Shown one piece after another: positions 57,990-64,000 of a DNA stretch of 64,000 nucleotides; the stretch's first letter is position 1; each line of letters begins with the position of its first letter. This DNA is from Camelus dromedarius (taxonomy: Eukaryota). The notes beneath the pieces are model-generated. The model searched no databases and was not told the origin of the DNA. It saw only the letters and a program-made list of their open reading frames with translations. Both the position numbers and the translations under genes were made by a program. The stretch spans positions 122,390,001 to 122,454,000 of the forward strand of contig NC_087437.1 of the NCBI RefSeq assembly GCF_036321535.1, written 5' to 3'.

Positions 57990-60900
57990 TGGTAAAAATA
58001 CATCTTAATCAACTTGAAATGTATACTCAGTGATATTAAGTAAAGTCATAATATTGTGTGATTGTCCGTCTGCATAGCTGTTTTCATCTTGTAAAACTGC
58101 AACTGCCCGTGTGACTGACCAGTAGCCCCCCTGCCCCCGGCGCCCACCATTTTGCTCTCTGTTCCTGTGAGTTCTGAGATGCTCTAGGAATCTTACATAA
58201 GTGGAGTCACACAGCATTTGTCTTCACTCTGCCTTATTTCACTCATTATGTTGTCACCAAGGTTCATCCATGTCGTAGCATGTGTCAGAATTTTCTTCCT
58301 TTTTCAGGCCGAGTAATACTCCACTGTGTGTATACACCACATTTTGCTTATCCATCATCTGCTGGTGGACACTGGGCTGCTTCCCCACGCTACCCGTTGT
58401 GAGTCATGCTGCTGTAGACATGGGTGTGCAGATCCCTCTTAGAGACTGTGTCACCTCTGTCAGGTGTATGCCCAGAAGCAGAGCTGCTGGATCACATGGT
58501 GGTTCCATTTTTCACTTTCTGAGGACCTGCCATAGTGTTTCCCACTGTGGCTGCACTGCTTTCATTCTCATCAGAAGTGCAGAAGGGTTCCAAGTTCTCC
58601 ACAGCCTCGCTAGTATTTGTTATGTTCTGTTTTTCTGCTAGTAGCCATCCTAATTGTAGTTTTGAATTTGCAGTTCTCAGATGATTAGTGATATTGAGTA
58701 TCTTTTCATGTGCTTATTGGCCATTTGTGTATGTTCTTTAGAGAGATGTCTATTCAGGTCCTTTGGCAATTTTTGAATCAGGATGTTTGGTTCTTTTAAT
58801 TCTTCTAGGATTTCTCTCTGTAGTTTTGGATAAATGAATCCCTTATTGTGGTGTCTGATTTGCAAACATTTTTTCTCATTTTGTGGGTTGCATTTTTACT
58901 GTTAATAGTATCTTTTGATGCATAAACTTAAAAAATGTCATGAAGTCTAATATTTTGTTTCCAATACCTTTGGCGTCATATCCACGAAATCATTGCCAAA
59001 TCCAATGATGTGAAACTTTTGCCATGTTTTCTCCTCAAGAGTTTTATAGTTTTCGGTCTTACATTTAAGTCTGATCTTTTTCAGTTTAATTTTTGTATGT
59101 GGTGTTAGGGAAGGGTCCAACTCATTCTTCCGCGTGTGGATAATCCAGTACTCCCAGTGTCATTTGTGAAAACAGTCCTTTCCCCACTGAATGGTCTTGG
59201 CACCATTGTCAAAAATCCTTTTCCAGTACACGCTGAGGTTTATTCCTGGACTTCCTGTTCTATCCCGTGTCTGTTTTTATGCCAGTGTGACACTGTTTTG
59301 ATTACTGTAGCTTTGTCAGAAGGTTTGAAGCCAGGAAGTGTAAGTCTTTCAGCTTTGTTCTTCTCTTCCAAGGTGGTTTTGGCTGTTTGGGGTCCTTTAA
59401 AATCCCATATGAATTTCAGGACGGGTTTTTCTATCTCTGCAAAAATGTCTGGAATTTTGATAGAGACCGCGTTGAATCTGTAGATCGCTTTGGGTAATAC
59501 TGACATCTTGACGGTACTGTCTTCCAGAGCATAACCATGAGATGTGTTTCCATTTATTTGTGTCTTCCTTAATTTCTTTTGGCAATGTCTGTTCTTTTAT
59601 TGTACGAGTCTTTCACTTGCTTGGTGAATTGTTGGTTAATTTTTGTTGTTGTTGTTTTTTCTATTGTAAATGGAACTGTTTTCTTCATTTTCTTTTCAGA
59701 TTGTCCTTGTGCAGAAACGCAGCTGATTTTTATGTGCTGGCTTTGCGTCCTGTGATTTTGCTGAGTTGACTTATTAGTTTTAATACTTTGTGGACCCGTT
59801 AGGGTTTTCTACATGTAGGATCATGTCATTTGTGAACACAGATCACTTTATGTCTCCCTTCCGGCTTGGATGCCCTTTCTTTCTTTCTCTTGCCTAATTG
59901 CTCTGGCTAGAATTTCCAGTGCTGTGTGTAAGGGAAGTGGGCACTCCTTCCTTGTTCCTGATCTTAGAGGAAAAGTCTCCAGCCTTTCCTCAGGTGTGAT
60001 GTTCCCTGAGGGTGTCTCGTGTGTGGCTCTTGTATGTTAAAGTAGTTTCCCTCTACTAGTGTGTTGACTTGCGTGTTTTGTTTGTTTTTTTTAATCATGA
60101 AAGGGTATTGGGTTTTGCTTTTCAAATGCTTTTACTGCATCAACTGAGAAGATCGTGTGGCTTTTTTCCCTTCGTTTTGTTGATGTGGTGTGTTGCATCG
60201 ACGGAGTTTCCCATGTTGAATTTCAGGAATAAACACGACTTGATTACGGTGTATAATCCCTTTAGTGTTGAATTTGATTTGTTATTATTTTGTTGAGGAT
60301 TTTTGCACAAATGTTTATAAGGGATACTGGTTTGCAGTTTTCATTTCTTGCAGTGTCTTTGGCTTTAGCTCTCAGGGTCTTGCAGGCCCCACACAATAGG
60401 TTAGGGCCATTTCCTCTGCTTCTGTCCTGTGAAAGAGACCCTAAAGAATTGGTGTAACTTCTTCCTTAAATGTTAGGTAGAATTCACCAGTGAAGTTGTC
60501 AGGTCCAGAACTTTGTTTTGTTGGGAGATTTTAAATTACTGATTCAGTCTCCTTTTTTGTTTCTTGTAACTTTTCTTGGTTTAAATTTATTTTGTCTGAT
60601 ATTAAAATAGCTACCCTGCTCTCTTTTGGTTATTATTTGCATGGAATACCTTTTTCTGTCCTTCTATTTTCAACCTATTTGTGTCTTTGAGTCTAAAGTG
60701 AGCTTCTGTAGGCGGCATATAGTTGGATCATGCGTTTTTATACATACTGCCAATCTCTGTCTTTGGAGAGCTTAACCCATTTACATTTAAAGTCATTACT
60801 GATAAAGAGCCCTGTACTCTTGTCACTTTGCTATTTGTTTTCTTTATGCCTTGTAGCGTTTTTGGTCCCTCATTTGCTGCATTACTGTCTTCTCTTGTGT

Positions 60901-63020
60901 TTGATTGATTTTTTTTCAATAGTGAAATGTTTAAATTCCCTTCTCGTTTCTCTTTTACAAAAGCTAATGCTTATTATGCCTGTATGCCTCAAAACATAAA
61001 CTAATAATTCTTTAAAATTCATTAATCTCTTTATGTAGAAAACATGTGGAGTCACAAAATCAAATTACAATACTACCTTTCAGACTAATAACTTAGAAAA
61101 TATTTTTAAAAGATAAAAAAAATCTTTTAATTCATGATGAAAACAAAATGCGCAGTTACAAGCCATTGTTACGGTGACGTTAGCTTTTGTAATTGCCCAC
61201 ACGTTTTCCTTTACTGAGATCTTTGTTTCTCCACACAGCTTGCATTTACTATCTAGGGTTCCTTCAGTTCCCCTGCAGGACTCTCTTGAACATTTCTCAC
61301 AGAGCAGGTCTTAGTGGTAACAAACTGCCTCACTTTTGTTTCTCTGGGAATGTTTTAATTTCTGCCCTACTCTTGCAGGACAGTTTTGCTGTATTTAGGA
61401 TTCTTAGTTGGCAGTGCTTTTCCTTTTAGCACTTTGAATGCACTGACGCACTGTCCTCTGGCCTCCACAAGTTTCTGGCGGAGAAATCTGTTGATCTTAC
61501 TGAGGTTCTTTTGCATGTGGCAAGTCAGTTTTCAACATTCTCTCTTTATCTTTGGCTTGTTTGCAAGTTTGATTACGGTGTGTCTTGGCAGTGGTCTCTG
61601 AGTTCATCTTACTTCGAGTTTGTGGAGTTTCCTGGGTATTTATGTTCATATCTTTCATCAAATTTGGAAAGTTTTCATTCACTGTATCGTCGTATTTTCT
61701 CTTTGCCTCTTTCTCTCTTCCTTCTCCTTCTGGGACTCCCATTATGCATGTGTTGGTTTGTTTGATGCTGTCTCACAGGTCCCGTAGGCTCCATTTACTT
61801 CTCCCAATCTTTTTTTTCTTTTCCTTAGATTTGATAATTTCCTTTGTTCTCAAGTTCATTAATTCTTTCTTTTGCCTTCTGAGATCTGTCTTTGAGTCCC
61901 TTAAGTGAGTTTTTAATATCAGCTGTTGTACTTTTCAGCCAGAATTTCTTTTTGATTTCTTTTTTCCTTTTTTATTGATATTTTAATTTTGTTCATACAT
62001 TATTTTTTGACTTTCTCCACATTTTCCTTCATTCTTTATGTGTCCTTGAATGGCTTTTTTTGAAGTCTTTGGTAGATCCATCATCAGGTCTTTTTCCCGG
62101 ATAATTTTTGTTAATTCATTTTCTAATTCATTTGTTAACTCATTTTCCTCTGATTGGGCCGTACTTTCCTGTTTCATTGTTTGCTTGTGACTTTTGTTGT
62201 TGTTGTTGAACATGGAACCTTTTTAACCTAATAATGTGGTAAATCTGGAAATCAGACTCTCTTTCTCAGTGTTTGCTATTTTTTGTTATTGTGTTTGTTT
62301 GAGAGTTGGTTTTTGGTTTTTTTTTTTTTGGTTTATTTTTTTTGGCTTTTGGTTTGGGTGTTTTTGTTTTGTTGTTTTGTTTTGTTTTGTTTTGTTTTTT
62401 TAGATTGTTGTCTCTGAGTTAAGGATCAGCCTGGGGTGTAAAGTTAAGTTCTCAGGTCTTTTCTGAGCCTGTGCCTTTTCCCTAGGCACACACAGTCACT
62501 TCAGAATTTCCCTTATATATGCAGTTGTTTTTGAATGTCCTAGTTTTAAATTTTTCCCCAAAAAGATAAAAGAGGAAAATGCAACGGTAGGGAAAAAGAG
62601 CACTTGCCCTTTGATTCCCCTGGAAGTCACTTCAGCCAGAGGGGCAGGGGCTGCAACAAAGAGGGGGACAGGTGCAACAGCCATGGCCTCCTGCCTCTTT
62701 GTCTGCACCCCTGTGACCAGAAGCAGCAGTCAGAGCACAGATTCCCAGTTTTTGGAGGACATGGTCCTTTTTGCCCACCCTAGGCCCTGCAGGTACTCCA
62801 GGGACACAGGCATCATTCCTGCTGGGCCCTTCGATGGAGGGGTAGGTAGCTGTTTCCCTGCCAAGTGCTGAGAGCAGCTTACCTCCAAGTCTTCCCCTTG
62901 GGGGTTGCAAGTCTTTGACAGACCCCAGACTGGCAGGATGGTTGTATCGGACAGTTCTGCCAGTGCGGGTTGTCCAGGTGGGGAGAGGGATTCCTGGTGC
63001 TTCCTGCTCTGCCATCTCTC
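57990..63020 (-). mobile_element. Old, internally deleted near-full-length L1 (3' UTR, ORF2, ORF1, 5' UTR)
   Basis: Minus translations [19 protein letters not shown] (ORF2), MTLNVNGLSSP (endonuclease start) and GVPEGEGREKEA...ENFPNLMKDMN (ORF1) in the expected order. Confidence 0.9.
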
Positions 63021-63193
63021 TAGGATCCCGGCTCGGCATCTGAGCAGGGTGTCAGGGGCAGGCTGGGCAGGGGTTCAGGGGAATTAAAACAAAACAGAAA
63101 CAAAACTGGAAATTGTAGGAGTCTAGAGGGACCCGAGGGCTCATCATGGACTCTCATCCTTACTTGCTCAGACCCTGAAATTGGCTCATAAGT

Positions 63194-63228
<35 letters not shown>
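63194..63228. repeat. (GACA)8.75 microsatellite
   Basis: Perfect tetranucleotide run ending 55 nt upstream of the exon at 63284. Confidence 0.97.
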
Positions 63229-63283
63229 GTGGCAGAGTGCAATTTCGTTATTCCACTGTGTGTGTGTCCTTTTTTACCTGCAG

Positions 63284-64000
63284 GATAAAGGCGAACTACT
63301 GGAAGGTTGTCAGCTTCGGAAAGCTGATCTCATAGCTCAGGCGAGACAACTTCAGGAGAAGCTGAGCCGTCTGGTGCATTCCATGAGCTTCCCAGACGTC
63401 GACGTCGAGACGAAGGGCTTTACATCTCAGCAGGCACTGGCGTCTTCACATGTTCTAGAAAATAGTTTGAGTGATGGTTCCAGTAACAGTGAAGAAACTG
63501 GCAGCTCACCTCCCGTCGATGCGTTTAGTGTCGATACAACCACCTGGGATCTAGTTGACGCGGTTGGAAGTCAGGGTTCGTGGCTGAGAAGTGGGATGCT
63601 GGATGCGCCCACGGTAGAGCAGGTTGCTGCACAGGAAGGGTCGCTCTGCTCCCAGGTGGGCTCGCTCAGATGCCTCCCGGACCCCGCCCACGCCGAGGGG
63701 CCCGAGCCCTTGAAGCTCGGGCTCAGGACAATGGACCTGGCCTCCTGGAGCTCCCCTGAGGTCGCCAGGAAGGACTCCACCCTTGAGCCCATGCCCAGCC
63801 TGCCCCTGACACCCTGCTCGGATGCCCTGAGCCAGCGTAGCCTGGACACCTCCCTATGGGACGGGACGGGCACCTCACTGCTCCAGGCCGACCAGTCAGG
63901 GCTGCTTTGTTACCCGGGCGAGTCCACAGCAGGAATGGCCCCTAGGTGGGCGGAGTCTCCACTGGCTGCAGACAGGACTCCCTCTACTGACCACCATGCT
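63284..64000 (+). CDS. PCNT: PCNT exon (about exon 30), runs off the window end
   Basis: ttttttacctgcag|GATAAAGGC; 239 open codons including QLQEKLSRLVHSM and MDLASWSSPEVARKDSTLEP. Confidence 0.95.

Larger units (their letters stand above)
1788..64000 (+). other. PCNT: Pericentrin gene body, internal part; 5' and 3' ends lie outside the window
   Basis: Spliced exons give one continuous coiled-coil frame with recognisable pericentrin peptides (ELEALRLSLSDLHAAQLELTQANLQREKETALTELR; ALRRLLGLFGETL; SWSSPEVARKD). All exon phases join. Confidence 0.97.

Noticed and set aside
1..64000. CRISPR arrays, operons, defence or other prokaryotic systems; an intact active retroelement
   Set aside because: This is spliced mammalian gene sequence. 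There are no repeat-spacer arrays, and all reverse-transcriptase sequence belongs to frameshifted L1 copies.

Overview
This is mammalian genomic DNA, GC-rich in unique sequence and dense in repeats. Three tRNA-Ala-derived Vic-1-like SINEs suggest a camelid. The whole window lies inside the pericentrin gene (PCNT) on the + strand. I traced 28 coding exons with canonical AG/GT boundaries and consistent phases from 1788 to the window end. They match human exon 3 and exons 5-30 (numbering and human comparisons are from memory, not from an alignment), plus one 93-nt exon I do not recall in canonical human PCNT. Introns hold many old antisense L1 fragments, one younger sense-strand L1, ERV solo LTRs, a Tigger5/MER47-like DNA transposon, a MIR and microsatellites. 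I see no prokaryotic-type or new multi-gene system. The most interesting signals concern PCNT exon evolution: a phase-compatible chain of cryptic or decayed exons and a candidate internal promoter in the 10.6-kb intron, a frameshift-scarred exon 4 remnant, a shifted splice acceptor, an open in-frame intron and a micro-exon with tandem acceptors. Almost all long ORFs in the supplied track outside these exons look like GC-rich chance ORFs.
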